From NCBI GenBank assembly GCA_051362555.1, contig CM120643.1:6634001-6698000 (forward strand): a stretch of 64,000 nucleotides of DNA, read 5' to 3'. A program made the translations under genes and the position numbers. Source of the stretch: Lingula anatina. Its lineage: Eukaryota > Animalia > Brachiopoda. Below are positions 38,444 to 51,637 of the stretch, piece after piece. Position 1 is the first letter of the stretch. Each line of letters starts with the position of its first letter. The notes under the pieces are model-generated. The model did not search any database. It was given only the letters and a program-made list of their open reading frames with translations, and was not told where the DNA came from.

Positions 38444-40861
38444 ACACACACGCTCGCGCGCGCACGCACACACAGGCTCGAAGAGGGGGAGAGCCAAATC
38501 CAATCATTGAAGTTATACATCGGTTCATTGTTTGTCCTAAGTAAATCATCATAAAATAAACGAATCAGATCAAAATTATAATAAAGCGCGGAATGTGCAG
38601 ACCAGCATAATCAACAACTGTGGGTTTGGATACAAAACTGCTCTTCCCCGTTGCCAACGCTCTCAATTCAGGTATATCTTTCAAAATAAAATGTTTATTG
38701 TATATAAAAAAAACATGTATAAAACAACATACTTCGGTCGATAATCTAGCAGTGTGTAATACTGTGCATGAACCCAAATATGTTGTAGATGTAGCATTAT
38801 CAAAATAGAAATACCATATCTTCTTGAACATGAAAAGTCACATTAAAATTCTCCCCCCCCCCCCCATCCCACCAATACGCTTCATTTCTATTGATACCAT
38901 ACAAACTCACAAACTCAGCGTGTGTAGGGTTGTGAAAACTAAAGTAGATCAAAAGTTCACGGATAGGATATGCCATGTAAGGATTCATAGGGGAGATAGG
39001 TAATCTCCTTTTGCTCTTTTTTTTTAACCTGTCAATTTTGAGAAGAAATACAGTGAATCGGTGTCTCTCATTGCACTTAGTCAATATAAATTCAAATATG
39101 TAAAAAACACCTTTCCTTTATCACGTAATTCCTCAGATGTAATAAAATACAGCATTTCCCTAGAAAACCTTTACCCCCTCTTGTGAATGCAATGTGCCGT
39201 CTGCAGAGCTCAGCGTCTGCTACCTCGCTGGATGCTTCGCGGTTCCCGGGAGCTGAACAGTTAACGCGGTCCAAAAAATTTTAGGGAGAGTCAAATGAAA
39301 TAGAGAGGGACCGTGGCATCTATAAAGTTCTACATGGTGAAGCTGGAGATGTGGGCTAGTTTTACTCTTTTCTTTCAAAGTTTGCAATATACTCAAGCTT
39401 TCAGTACCCGCATGCAACCAAAATATTTGCTGGTATCTTAATACATCTCCCACTTGTGTCTCCCCTCTAAAACGGTCCACACTAAAAAATCAATAATCGT
39501 ATGGCATTTTTATACAGGCAATTGACCTACTTTTATACCCATGCAGCTATCGACGAGTTTTATGGCTGTGGAGTGAAAACGTGATACACGTCTGTGATAT
39601 AAAAATTATTTCTAATTACATAATTTACAAACAGTGCATTTGGAATAAAGGTGTCCAGATTTGTGAGCAAAAGATGACATTGCTAATTGAAAATAATGAA
39701 AAAATTGGAGACAAGCCTAAATCAGAAAAAAATGCATTTTTTTCTCTTATATGCAAATTAGGTTCCTTGAAGTAATATAAGACTGGCCGGAAGTGATGTT
39801 CAGAGATTTGTAACGATGATGATCTTGATGGCCTTGATGATCTTAATGGTGGTTCAAAAAATATTATCAAAGTTTTCAGTTGTCATCTGGTGAGAAAGAA
39901 ATTTTCTGCACTAACACAATCATTCCACGAGTGAAAAATAGTTAGTAAACGCGCCTCAGAGATGCGCTGCAGACGTCACGGCTTTTGGGCGAAAATCACA
40001 CGAGACATTTCGTCATAATTATTTGATATAGGTAAAAAAAACTGTGATTGAAAATGAATATCGATATTCTGTTTCTTTGTGTTCGACAAGGATGAATTTA
40101 ATTAGAATACCCCCTCTCTCTCTTTTTAAGCGAATATAAAGGAGAAAGCCGAGCGAAAAAAATAATGCGCATAACATATTATTAACAGTCAAAATATTCA
40201 GAAGTAAAAAAAATCAGAGTTAAAAATCTTGTTGGCCACTACAGTTCCTCTTCATAGAGGATCACATGCAAAATTTTAAGGCAACTCGTGGCCAATTGAT
40301 ATTGTAAAGTAAATGACTTACACTTTCACTAACTGCAGATAAAGATTATAACGGAATCAAACAAGTTAAAGGACGGAGTTATTGAGTGTTGCGCCGACTG
40401 ACAACTCACAACGTAAATAATAACAACAACAACAACAATCTACACGCAATATGGTAACGTGCATATCGGTAACGCAGTGGTGGATTTAGAGGTTTCTGAA
40501 AAATATATCGCACCAATATTCCCCTCTTGAAATTAAAATGTTGTCTAACCTTTGTATATTTTTAACTGGAAAATCTACTTATTGTTATTATTCCATTTTT
40601 TCATAAAAATTATTTGTTTTTCTTATAAAAATTAAAGTGAAAGGGAAAAGATTAGAGGGAGAAAAAGAGCAACAATTGAACATACATATTTTCCCTCAAA
40701 ATATCCTTTATTACAGTGAAATAATGAAGAACATACATACTATTGGCATGCATGTACCAAAAACAAAAACTTTCACTAGTATCTAAAAATGAAAATCAAT
40801 ATATCTTCATACATAAAGAACAATGCACCACCTCCAAAAGAATTAACAAAATTTCAAGTAT

Positions 40862-43355
40862 TAGTCGAGTAGCCAGAACGCTAACCCTGCAATGTTTTTT
40901 CCTGCAAACTTTTTTTGCTGAAATGCATTCCTTAGGTTGAGAGTTGCAAAATTAGCTTGGTTGCTATTTCCGAGACATTGAGCGTTTTTCAATATGGCCG
41001 TCAATTTATGAGGAAAAACGACCAGAAGTCACCGGGTAAACTTCATTGCCAGCTTTTTTGAACGTGTATTCTGTCAGGAGAGCACAACAGTGCTAGTGAA
41101 TACACTTAAGCCTGTTACATATAGCAGAAAAGCCAAAATGGCCGTCAAAACACAAGGCAGAAAGTAAAAAAAGCTTATCCTTTTTTTGTAAACTTTTAAA
41201 ATATTTTAACACCTATGGGTAAAGGCATTTTTGTTGTTTAATAATGAATTTTATTATAAATAATCCAAGCAGGGGTATACAAACCCAGCGGTTAGGGCCC
41301 TTGAGGTCAGCTATTATTGACGTGACATAGTTCGGGATATGCGAGGGCTACCCATCGACATCATGTATTTGAAATGTTATTTTTGCCAATATATACTTAC
41401 AGATAATGGAAGCTTTGAGATAGGAATGTATGCATTTTCTACTTGTATTTTAGATATAATCAGGAACCTGGTTGAATGCCACAACATGCCAGGCTCTGTT
41501 AGCGATATACCGTTCACATTCGGTACAAATGATCCAAGTGTATCTGGAGTCCAAAGGGTGGATGTCCTACCCCGGCCTGTCTATTCTCCGGATATGAATC
41601 CGATTGAACACTTATGGTACTACATATATCTTGGTCATCTGTTTGCCAAGGCAGCAGCTGATCCAGGCACTACGACAAGGCTGGAATAGGATTCCGCACG
41701 ACACCATCCCATCCAGATTGCCCGAGCATGCGCCAACAGATCGCCGCCTGCATCGAAACAAGCGGAGATCGTACCCGCTATTGAACGTTGTGACTTTGTG
41801 TTGGGCTGGTACCATTTTTGTTTTGAAACTATTCATGAAACTTAAGATTTTTGGTTCTGTATACCTAAGATCTAATATACTGTTTATTAGATCTTAGTGT
41901 ATACCAATGTCCTAAGCAAATGATTTATATGAAAATAATCCAGTTTACAGCTTCAAAATAACAATTATTTTGAAAAATATGGCCTCCAAGATTTTAATGG
42001 CTGTCAGCATATAACCAAAAGATTTGTAAGATGTTTTGTTTATTGACTCAAAAAAAAGTAAAGTGAAAAAAGTGCTGTAATAAGAAAAATTAGAAATGCT
42101 GTTATATACTGATGAATTATTCTTACCCATGCCAATCTCAATAAAAGAATGGGAAGTTTTAAAGCTACATTTTATGTACATACTGAAAAAGTTACCATAA
42201 AGATATAAAATCAAAATTTTAAGGTATGATCAATATAAAAACAAAAACGAAAAAAATACAAGGTTAATATTTTGACAAAAGTTCAATTAAATTACATTCC
42301 CCTCCCCACCCCCCGTCCCCACCAACAGACTTGGTTGGACCCGATTTTGGACTTCCTGTGCCCAAATTCCTGCAGAACCTGTTGGCCCTTGATAAACTTT
42401 TCATCAGATTGAGCCTGTATTAAAAAGAGAACTTACGTAATGGTCAGCCCTATCAATGATCCTCTTTTAAAGAGTCTTAGTATAACTGTACCTTTCAAGT
42501 ACACTTTGTCAATAAATAAAATGGTTTGATATATATTATACGCCGAATTGTCAGTTTAAAACGTAATTTAACTGATTTTTTTTTTACCTATTTGGGCATG
42601 TTTTAGTGGTCATTTGAAATGCGGAATACCATGCACTTTAAACCCGACTCTTTGCTATTTTACATAATTATCTATTTATAATATAATGATATTTTAAATC
42701 ATTGACGGCCATTTTGAATTTAGAAAATTGATCAATGTGCCGTATGTAGCCACTGCCAAGAAAGCCCAAATTAAATGAGCTTTTATACCCCCAAAGTATT
42801 AAATTCTTTTAAAAATTTCAGGGAATAACATTCTAAGTATTTGACTATGGGACCCGGGGAAGTAGCAAACAGACTCTTGGGTGGGGGTTATTGAACTGTC
42901 ATATAATCTTATTCCAAGAGTTTAGGGTCATGACTAACAAAATATTATAATTAATATAAATATAAAAGGGGATATGGTTTTAATAAAACTAAATATGTAA
43001 AAAAACAAACTGATTCAGCAGCTTTTATCATTTTCTGCCTTATGTTTTGACGGCCATTTTGGTTTTTTGCTAAGTGGTACGCGATTAAGCTGATTCACTA
43101 GTACTGTTATGCTCTCCTGATAGAATACATGTTCAAAAAAAGCTGTCAATAAAGTTTACCCGGCGACTTCTGGTCATTTTTCTATTTTTCCTCTTAAATT
43201 GACGGCCATATTGAAATATGCTCAAGGTCTCGGAAATAGCAACCAAGCTAATTTTGCTTCTCTTAGCCTGAAGAATGCATTTCAGCAAAAACAGTTTACA
43301 GGAAAGAACATTGCAGGGTTCGACTATTGGGCCTATGGGGGTGGCGACTCGACTA
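40862..43355. mobile_element. Academ-like non-autonomous DNA transposon
   Basis: TAGTCGAGT...ACTCGACTA termini, 3-bp TSD TAT, ~300-bp imperfect TIRs. Confidence 0.75.
41530..41800 (+). mobile_element. Tc1 (DD34E) transposase 3' fragment nested in the Academ-like element
   Basis: VLPRPVYSPDMNPIEHLW...QLIQALRQGWNRIP. Confidence 0.85.
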
Positions 43356-43614
43356 TATGGCATTACAGTATGGACAGACCTCTATTCAAACAAATAAAAA
43401 ATACATCAATAGAACAATTTTACATATCTAATTTCCTTGATCTGAAAACAGTAAAGGAACAAATCTGACAAACTACACTGATATAATTTCATTTCCATTT
43501 CTTATTCTTTATTTCACAATACACGCTAACAGATTTACCATCATTTTAATATAAACAACTAACAAAATTGTTAAGTTGCAAAAAAATGTCAAAAGAACAT
43601 TTACATACGCAACT

Positions 43615-43881
43615 AAAAAAGCACTCGGAGAGCGCAGACCTCTGCCACTAGTAAAGTCTCTACCCAATGCCGTTTCACTCCTAAATTTTCATTCTATAAT
43701 GATTAAGTTTTTTATTTTTGATTATTAATTGATCTGGATCACCACCAGAAACTATTCATCTGTTCTTTGGCCCACTTCTGACATTCCTGAAAATTTCATC
43801 AAAATCGGTCCATAGCTTTTTGAGTTACGTGGATGACAGACATACAGGGGTGAAAACATAACCTTCTGGGCGGAGGTAATT
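43615..43881. mobile_element. Short non-autonomous element of CryptonV/HINE-like structure
   Basis: AAAGCACTCGGAGAGCGCAGACCTCTGCCA ... GAAAACATAACCTTCTGGGCGGAGGTAAT (internal sub-TIR and terminal hairpin). Confidence 0.6.
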
Positions 43882-44886
43882 AGTTCAATAATGAGACGGT
43901 TAACATGCCAAAGAATTGAAAATAGCATAGGTGACAGCAATGTACAGACATGGCTGAAAATCATATTTAAGTGAATGTTGCAATGGTGTGGGGCAAATTT
44001 TCTTCCAGCCTTCTTAAAGCTTTTATATTTGTACAACATTAATAAAATTTCCATCTGAGGACGTCTATACAAATGTCTCATGACATACAGTTTAAAGCCA
44101 GAAGGAAAAAGCATTATTATGTCTTGTATATTGTAAAATTAAAATTTATCTTCTACCCTTTTCTGAACCAAGACAGCAGTTCTTGGAATGTTGAGTACAC
44201 CAAGCAAGCCAACACAGATGTATTTCTAGGATAATGTATTAAAACAAACTGCAAAGTGCTGTTTTTGATTTTCATCTGGATTCTTAATTTCAACTCCGCT
44301 GTTACATTAACTAAGCTGTATCATTTTCCTCACATTTTTAAATACAACAAAAATATCATTATTACGGGTCAGATTATACTTGTCATGGAACTTTTTTGTT
44401 GGTTGTATTTGCCTTAGCACTTCTTTTAATTCAGTCCCTTAATCCAGTTGATATATGTGCTAACTACTATGTAATAATACAGTCTCATGGTTACGTCTTG
44501 CAATCTGTAAAGCCTACAGATTAATCAAGATTTTAAAAATCTGTTAACTGATTTCTTATTGTTAAATTAGCAACAAATAAACCAAATATTGGTATGAGAG
44601 TTCTTTGAGGAATATTTTATGTGCAAGCATGTGGGCTAAAGTTTCTGCAAACAGAACATCAGCACAAACACTATATTCAAACAGGAGGACTGACTCTTTA
44701 ATAGCGTAACATTTTATCTGGAATTATTTAGTAAACAGGAATTCCAATTCTTCATCAGAGTTGGAAAGCTTCACCCATAAAAGAACAAATATATTATATG
44801 GGTTTAATATAACACTTCATAATAAAGTTCCATCATAACTACCAACATCTATTCTGCTTTGTGTGAGACATATTCCCTCTCGACAC

Positions 44887-47800
44887 ATGGATAAGACATA
44901 GTGCTGCTCTTGGTGCTGTCTTTCACTGCCTGCATCTTCATAGTAAGGGTACTCTGGAAAAAGAACAATATAACTGAAAAAACTGAAAATAACATAGAAA
45001 ACGCTGGCAAATTCCATGACAAAAAAATAGTTAAATGTTAATAATTTTGTCAAATCTTGTCCAATATTTCTGAAATTTGTACAAATGATGCTTAACAACA
45101 ATAAAAATCTGTGATTAGATGATCTGTTGACTGCATCTAATGAAAAGTGTTTTTTGGGACAACATATTTGGGAAAACTGAAATTTACATTGAAAACACTA
45201 GCAAATCCCATGACTTAAAATAGTTAAACGTTAATAAAATTTTCAAATCTTGTCCAATATTTCTGAAATTTGTACAAATGATGCTTAACAACAATAAAAA
45301 CCTGTGATAAGCTGATCAAATGACTGTGTCTAATGAAAAGTATCTTCTTTCGACAATATCCTTGAAAAAACTGAAAAACACACTGAAAAATCTGGCAAAT
45401 TCCATGGCTTAAAATAGTTAAATGTTAATAAAATTTTCAAATCTTGTCCAATATTCCTGAAATTGGTGCAAATGATGCTTAACAATAATAAAAATCTGTG
45501 ATTAGACGATCTGTTGACTGTATCTAATGTAAAGTGTTTTTTGGGACAACATATTTGGGAAAAATTAAATTTACATTGAAAAGACTGGCAAATCCAAGGA
45601 CTTCAAATAGTTAAACGTTAATAATTTTGTCAAATCTAGTCCAGTGTTTCTGAAATTTGTACAAATGATGTTTAACAACAATAAAAACCTGTGATAAGCT
45701 GATCAAATGACTGTGTCTAATGAAAAGTATCTTCTTTTGACAATATCCTTGAAAAAACTGAAAATTACACTGAAAAATCTGGCAAATTCCATGGCTTAAA
45801 ATAGTTAAATGTTAATAATTTTGCAATGTAATTATAAAATAAAATAGCAAATGTGATGATTTGAGGTTGTTTGTGTAGGAGGTTGCAAATTACCTATAAC
45901 TGTTATCTGGAAAACAATATATACCCAAACAAGACTTCTCCTTACTATCAATGCCAGATGCAGATTACTCCTTACAATCGGTTTCTGGAATGGGTTGTTG
46001 TTATCACAACATTTGACAATGTCCTAAATCTTGCCACATATCATGTATTGTACACATGGATAAGACAGTGCTGCTCTTGGTGATGTCTTTCACTGCCTGC
46101 ATCTTCATAGTAAGGATAACTCTGGAAAAAGAAGAATATAACTGAAAAAAATGAAAATAACATAGAAAACGCTGGCAATTCCATGACATAAAATAGTTAA
46201 ACGTTAATAATTTTGTCAAATCTTGTCCAATATTTCTGAAATTTGTACAAATGATGCTTAACAACAATAAAAATCTGTGATTAGATGATGTGTTGACTGT
46301 ATCTAATGAAAAGTGTTTTTTGGGGCAACATATTTGGGAAAACTGAAATTTACATTTAAAAGACTGGCAAATCTCATGGCTTAAAATAGTTAAATGTTAA
46401 TAATTTTGTCAAATCTAGTCCAGTGTTTCTGAAATTTGTACAAATGCTGCTTAACAATAATAAAAATCTGTGATTAGATGATCTGTTGACTGTATCTAAT
46501 GAAAAGTGTTTTTTGGGACAACATATTTGGGAAAAATGAAATTCACATTGAAAAGACTGGCAAATCCAAGGACTTCAAATACCTGTAGTTAAATGTTAAT
46601 AATTTTGTCAAATCTAGTCCAGTGTTTCTGAAATTTGTACAAATGATGCTTAACAACAATAAAAACCTGTGATAAGCTGATCAAATGACCGTGTCTAATG
46701 AAAAGTATCTTCTTTCGACAATATCCTTGAAAAAACTGAAAATTACCTTGAAAAATCTGGCAAATTCCAGGGCTTAAAATAGTTAAATGTTAATAATTTT
46801 GCAATGTGATTATAAAATAAAATAGCAAATGTGATGATTTGAGGTTGTTTGTGTAGGAGGTTGCAAATTACCTATAACTGTTATCTGAAAAACAATATAT
46901 ACCCATACAAGACTTCTCCTTAATATCAATGCCAGATGCAGATTACTCCTAACTATCGGTTTCTGGAATGGGTTGTTGTTCTCACAACATTTGACAATGT
47001 CCCAAATCTTGCCACATATCATGTATTGTACACATGGATAAGACATAGTGCTGCTCTTGGTGCTGTCTTTCACTGCCTGCATCTTCATGGTAAGGGTACT
47101 CTGGAAAAAGAACAATATAACTGAAAAAACTGAAAATAACATAGAAAACGCTGGCAAATTCCACGACATAAAATAGTTAAACGTTAATAATTTTTTCAAA
47201 TCTTGTCCAATATTTCTGAAATTTGTACAAATGATGCTTAACAACAATAAAAACCTGTGATTAGATGATCTGTTGACTGCATCTAATGAAAAGTGTTTTT
47301 GGGACAACATATTTGGGAAAACTGAAATTTACATTGAAAACACTGGCAAATCTCATGACTTAAAATAGTTAAACGTTAATAAAATTTTCAAATCTTGTCT
47401 AATATTTCTAAAATTTGTAAAAATGATGCTTAACAATAATAAAAATCTGTGATTAGATGATCTGTTGACTGTATCTAATGAAAAGTATTTTTTGGGACAA
47501 CATATTTGGGAAAAATGAAATTTACATTGAAAAGACTGGCAAATCCAAGGACTTCAAATAGTTAAACATTAATAATTTTGTCAAATCTAGTCCAGTGTTT
47601 CTGAAATTTGTACAAATGATGCTTAACAACAATAAAAACCTGTGATAAGCTGATCAAATGACTGTGTCTAATGAAAAGTATCTTCTTTCGACAATATCTT
47701 TGAAAAAACTGAAAATTACACTGAAAAATCTGGCAAATTCCAGGGCTTAAAATAGTTAAATGTTAATAATTTTGCAATGTGATTATAAAATAAAATAGCA

Positions 47801-49190
47801 AATGTGATGATTTGAGGTTGTTTGTGTAGGAGGTTGCAAATTACCTATAACTGTCATCTGGAAAACAATATATACCCATACAAGACTTCTCCTTACTATC
47901 AATGCCAGATGCAGATTACTCCTTACAATGGGTTTCTGGAATGGGTTGCTGTTATCACAACATTTGACAATGTCCTCAATCTTGCCACATATCATGTATT
48001 GTACACATGGATAAGACATAGTGCTGCTCTTGGTGCTGTCTTTCGCTGCCTGCATCTTCATGTTAAAGGTACTCTGGAAAAAGAACAATATAACTGAAAA
48101 AACTGAAAATAACATAGAAAACGCTGGCAATTCCATGACATAAAATAGTTAAACGTTAATAATTTTTTCAAATCTTGTCCAATATTTCTGAAATTTGTAC
48201 AAATGATGCTTAACAACAATAAAAACCTGTGATTAGATGATCTGTTGACTGCATCTAATGAAAAGTGTTTTTTGGGACAACATATTTGGGAAAACTGAAA
48301 TTTACATTGAAAACACTGGCAAATCTCATGACTTAAAATAGTTAAACGTTAATAAAATTTTCAAATCTTGTCCAATATTTCTAAAATTTGTAAAAATGAT
48401 GCTTAACAATAATAAAAATCTGTGATTATATGATCTGTTGACTGTATCTAATGAAAAGTGTTTTTTGGGACAACACATTTGGGAAAAATGAAATTTACAT
48501 TGAAAAGACTGGCAAATCCAAGGACTTCAAATAGTTAAACATTAATAATTTTGTCAAATCTAGTCCAGTGTTTCAGAAATTTGTACAAATGATGCTTAAC
48601 AACAATAAAAACCTGTGATAAGCTGATCAAATGACTTTGTCTATGAAAAGTATCTTCTTTCGACAATATCTTCGAAAAAACTGAAAATTACACTGAGAAA
48701 TCTGGCAAATTCCAGGGCTTAAAATAGTTAAATGTTAATAATTTTGCAAAGTGATTATAAAATAAAATAGCAAATGTGATGATTTGAGGTTGTTTGTGTA
48801 GGAGGTTGCAAATTACCTATAACTGTTATCTGAAAAACAACATATACCCATACAAGACTTCTCCTTACTATCAATGCCAGATGCAGATTACTCCTTACAA
48901 TTGGTTTCTGGAATGGGTTGTTGTTATCACAACATTTGACAATGTCCTAAATCTTGCCACATATCATGCATTGTACACTTGGATAAGACATAGTGCTGCT
49001 CTTGATGCTGTCTTTCGCTGCCTGCATCTTCATGGTAAGGGTACTCTGGAAAAAGAACAATATAACTGAAAAAACTGAAAATTACACTGAAAAATCTGGC
49101 AAATTCCAGGGCTTAAAAAAGTTAAACGTTAATAATTTTGTCAAAGCAGTCCAATGTTTCTAAAATTTGTACAAATGATGCTTAACAATA
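44887..49190. repeat. Higher-order tandem repeat: ~194-bp monomers in ~973-bp units with an embedded non-monomer segment
   Basis: CTGGCAAAT..TAAAATAGTTAAA recurs every ~194 bp; segment ATAAAATAGCAAATGTG...CTCTGGAAAAAG recurs at ~45840, 46815, 47790 and 48760. Confidence 0.95.
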
Positions 49191-49488
49191 ATTTAAATAT
49201 ATGTTGGAATTTACAACAGGTGACTATATACAACTTTTTAAATAGCAGTATATGAATCGGCTGTGCAACAATTTTTGAAATGGAATAATATCTGTAATTT
49301 AAAAGCTGGAACATAATTTTCTATCTTATTTTCTAACACAGAAGTTGAAATTTTCTGCATAAAATGAACCCATTCATGAGTGTACTAAATTGACAAGCAA
49401 TCTTTACAGCTTCAGAAAGGCCATTACCCAGTGCACTACCTGACAACCCATTTCTTTGATATCCATGTTCATTCTAAGCAATACTTAC

Positions 49489-49603
49489 TACACCCTTCCT
49501 CATCACTGTTAGCTCTACAGTCATTGTCCTGGTCACATCTTCATGATAAGTTGATAAAGCAGCCATTATCACATACAAACTTATATGGAGGACATGTGTG
49601 ATC
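49489..49603 (-). pseudogene. Isolated LDL-receptor class A repeat exon, pseudogenised
   Basis: TCPPYKFVCDNGCFINLS*RCDQDNDCRANSDEEGC (6 Cys, SDE motif, TGA at the expected Trp); GTAAGT donor; acceptor AG absent. Confidence 0.85.
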
Positions 49604-49959
49604 CACAGGAAGACAATAAAAAATACATCTTTAAAACAATTTACTTTATTTTCAAGTGTCTTAAAACTGTTCCTTCAATTTCTTTGACAAAGCAATAAAA
49701 TACCTGGGTAATTTACATTAAAATTCTTACATCATTAGCAGCACAAATTCACCTAAATATCTGGCATTACATTGAACAAGATGAAAAACTTGCTGAAAGG
49801 CTGTGATTAAGCAGCATTACAGATTCAAAAAACACACTGAAATATGTAAAAAATCTAGAAGACAATGCAATCACCTTATGACGATTTATGAAACTCTATT
49901 GTTATCTGACCATCTTAAAAATAAGTCTGGAGTCATTGTCTTTTATTTTTTTTACTTTA

Positions 49960-50545
49960 GTATAGTCCCATGTCTCCTAGTACAGTGTAGTAGTCTGGAG
50001 TCATTGTGTTCCATTGTGGCAGTATAGTCCCGTGTCTCCTAGTACAGTGTAGTAGTCTGGAGTCATTGTGTTCCATTGTGGCAGTATAGTCATGTGCCTC
50101 CTAGTGCAGCGTTTTAGTTTGGAGTCAGTATTCCATTGTGGCAGTATAGTCCTGTGTCTCCTAGTACAGTGTAGTAGTCTGGAGTCATTGTGTTCCATTG
50201 TGGCAGTATAGTCCTGTGCCTCCTAGTACAGTGTAGTAGTCTGGAGTCATTGTGTTCCATTGTGGCAGTATAGTCCAGTGCCTCCTAGTACAGTGTAGTA
50301 GTCTGGAGTTATCGTGTTCCATTGTGGCAGTATAGTCCTGTGCCTCCTAGTACAGTGTAGTAGTCTGGAGTCATTGTGTTCCATTGTGGCAGTATAGTCC
50401 TGTGTCTCCTAGTACAGTGTGGTAGTCTGGAGTCATTGTGTTCCACTGTGGCAGTATAGTCCTGTGCCTCCTAGTACAGTGTAGTAGTCTGGAGTCATTG
50501 TGTTCCATTGTGGCAGTATAGTCCTGTGCCTCCTAGTACATAGTA
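49960..50545. repeat. 62-bp minisatellite, ~9.5 copies
   Basis: TACAGTGTAGTAGTCTGGAGTCATTGTGTTCCATTGTGGCAGTATAGTCCTGTGYCTCCTAG in tandem, no variable spacers. Confidence 0.95.
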
Positions 50546-51637
50546 GTACAGTGTAGTATGGAGTCAGATGATAGACTGGAAAAGACAAAAAAAGTCAATG
50601 ACCAGGGTTTTTCCTCAAGATCCAGAATATTAGAATTACATCAAATAAACTGGAAAGAAATATTTTATAAAATAAATTTACCAATTAAAGTATTGTTGTA
50701 AGTCAACGCTCAAGCATACACTGTACCAGTACTGATATTAAAGAGGTGGGTTTATAGTGCTTTCTGAAACTCGGGATGGTAGTGCTAGTTCACGTAAGTG
50801 GACACGCCATGGGAAGTTTTAGTTGTTCATAGTTAAGTTCATATATTACTATTTCGACAGATGACTCAAAAGAAACAATAAAAAGGCCCACTTAAAAATT
50901 ATATAAGAAGGAATAACGTCAGTTCTTCATTTTAATGCCTCACCATCATAAGACATTGGGTAATTGCAGATGAAAAGGGAATGGCAAAACTGAAGTAGAT
51001 GACTGCGTGAAATCTTGCTAGATCTCCAAAAGCGCTTTTATTCTGCACCGTCAACATTCTGAAGCATTTTGTAAAATCTTCACCAGCACATTGCATCGTG
51101 ATGTGAACAGTGAACAACTGACACAGTCGATACCATATGTATCCGTCACTTTAGATGTCTCATCCTGAATTCACCGATTAAGTTTGTCAATAGAATCTAT
51201 AACAAAACCATCTAAGAAAAGTGTCCTGATGTATGGTGAAACTCAGTGTGCAGAACGTTTGATGAAAATTCCGACTTTTCAGCGTTACCCTTTGCCTAGT
51301 CTACGCCATATAAATATTGTTTAGTATAGATGGCGCTATGCAAGAGGTGAGACTTAGGATTTATAAAGGACTGCGGCCAGTATCAGCAACAGGTTCACCG
51401 CCTGCTTTCTAAGAAACTCGTGCGAGGAGGGAGAGAGTTCTGGAACCGCAATAGATATGACCAGGCACTGTGACATATATTGCGATATTTAGTAGAAAGA
51501 CTCAAGGTCGAGAGCTTCAACGAAGTGTCAATCTGATTGGTTTAAAGTTAAGGAAACAATACAGGAACCGTCCAATGAAATTCTTTTATACAATAATTAT
51601 TCCTGTTTATTGTTTTAGTAAACAAAGCAAAGAGACA

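Noticed and set aside
49960-50545. Regular repeat array as possible CRISPR
   Set aside because: Units are contiguous near-identical 62-mers with no unique spacers; eukaryotic context and no cas genes
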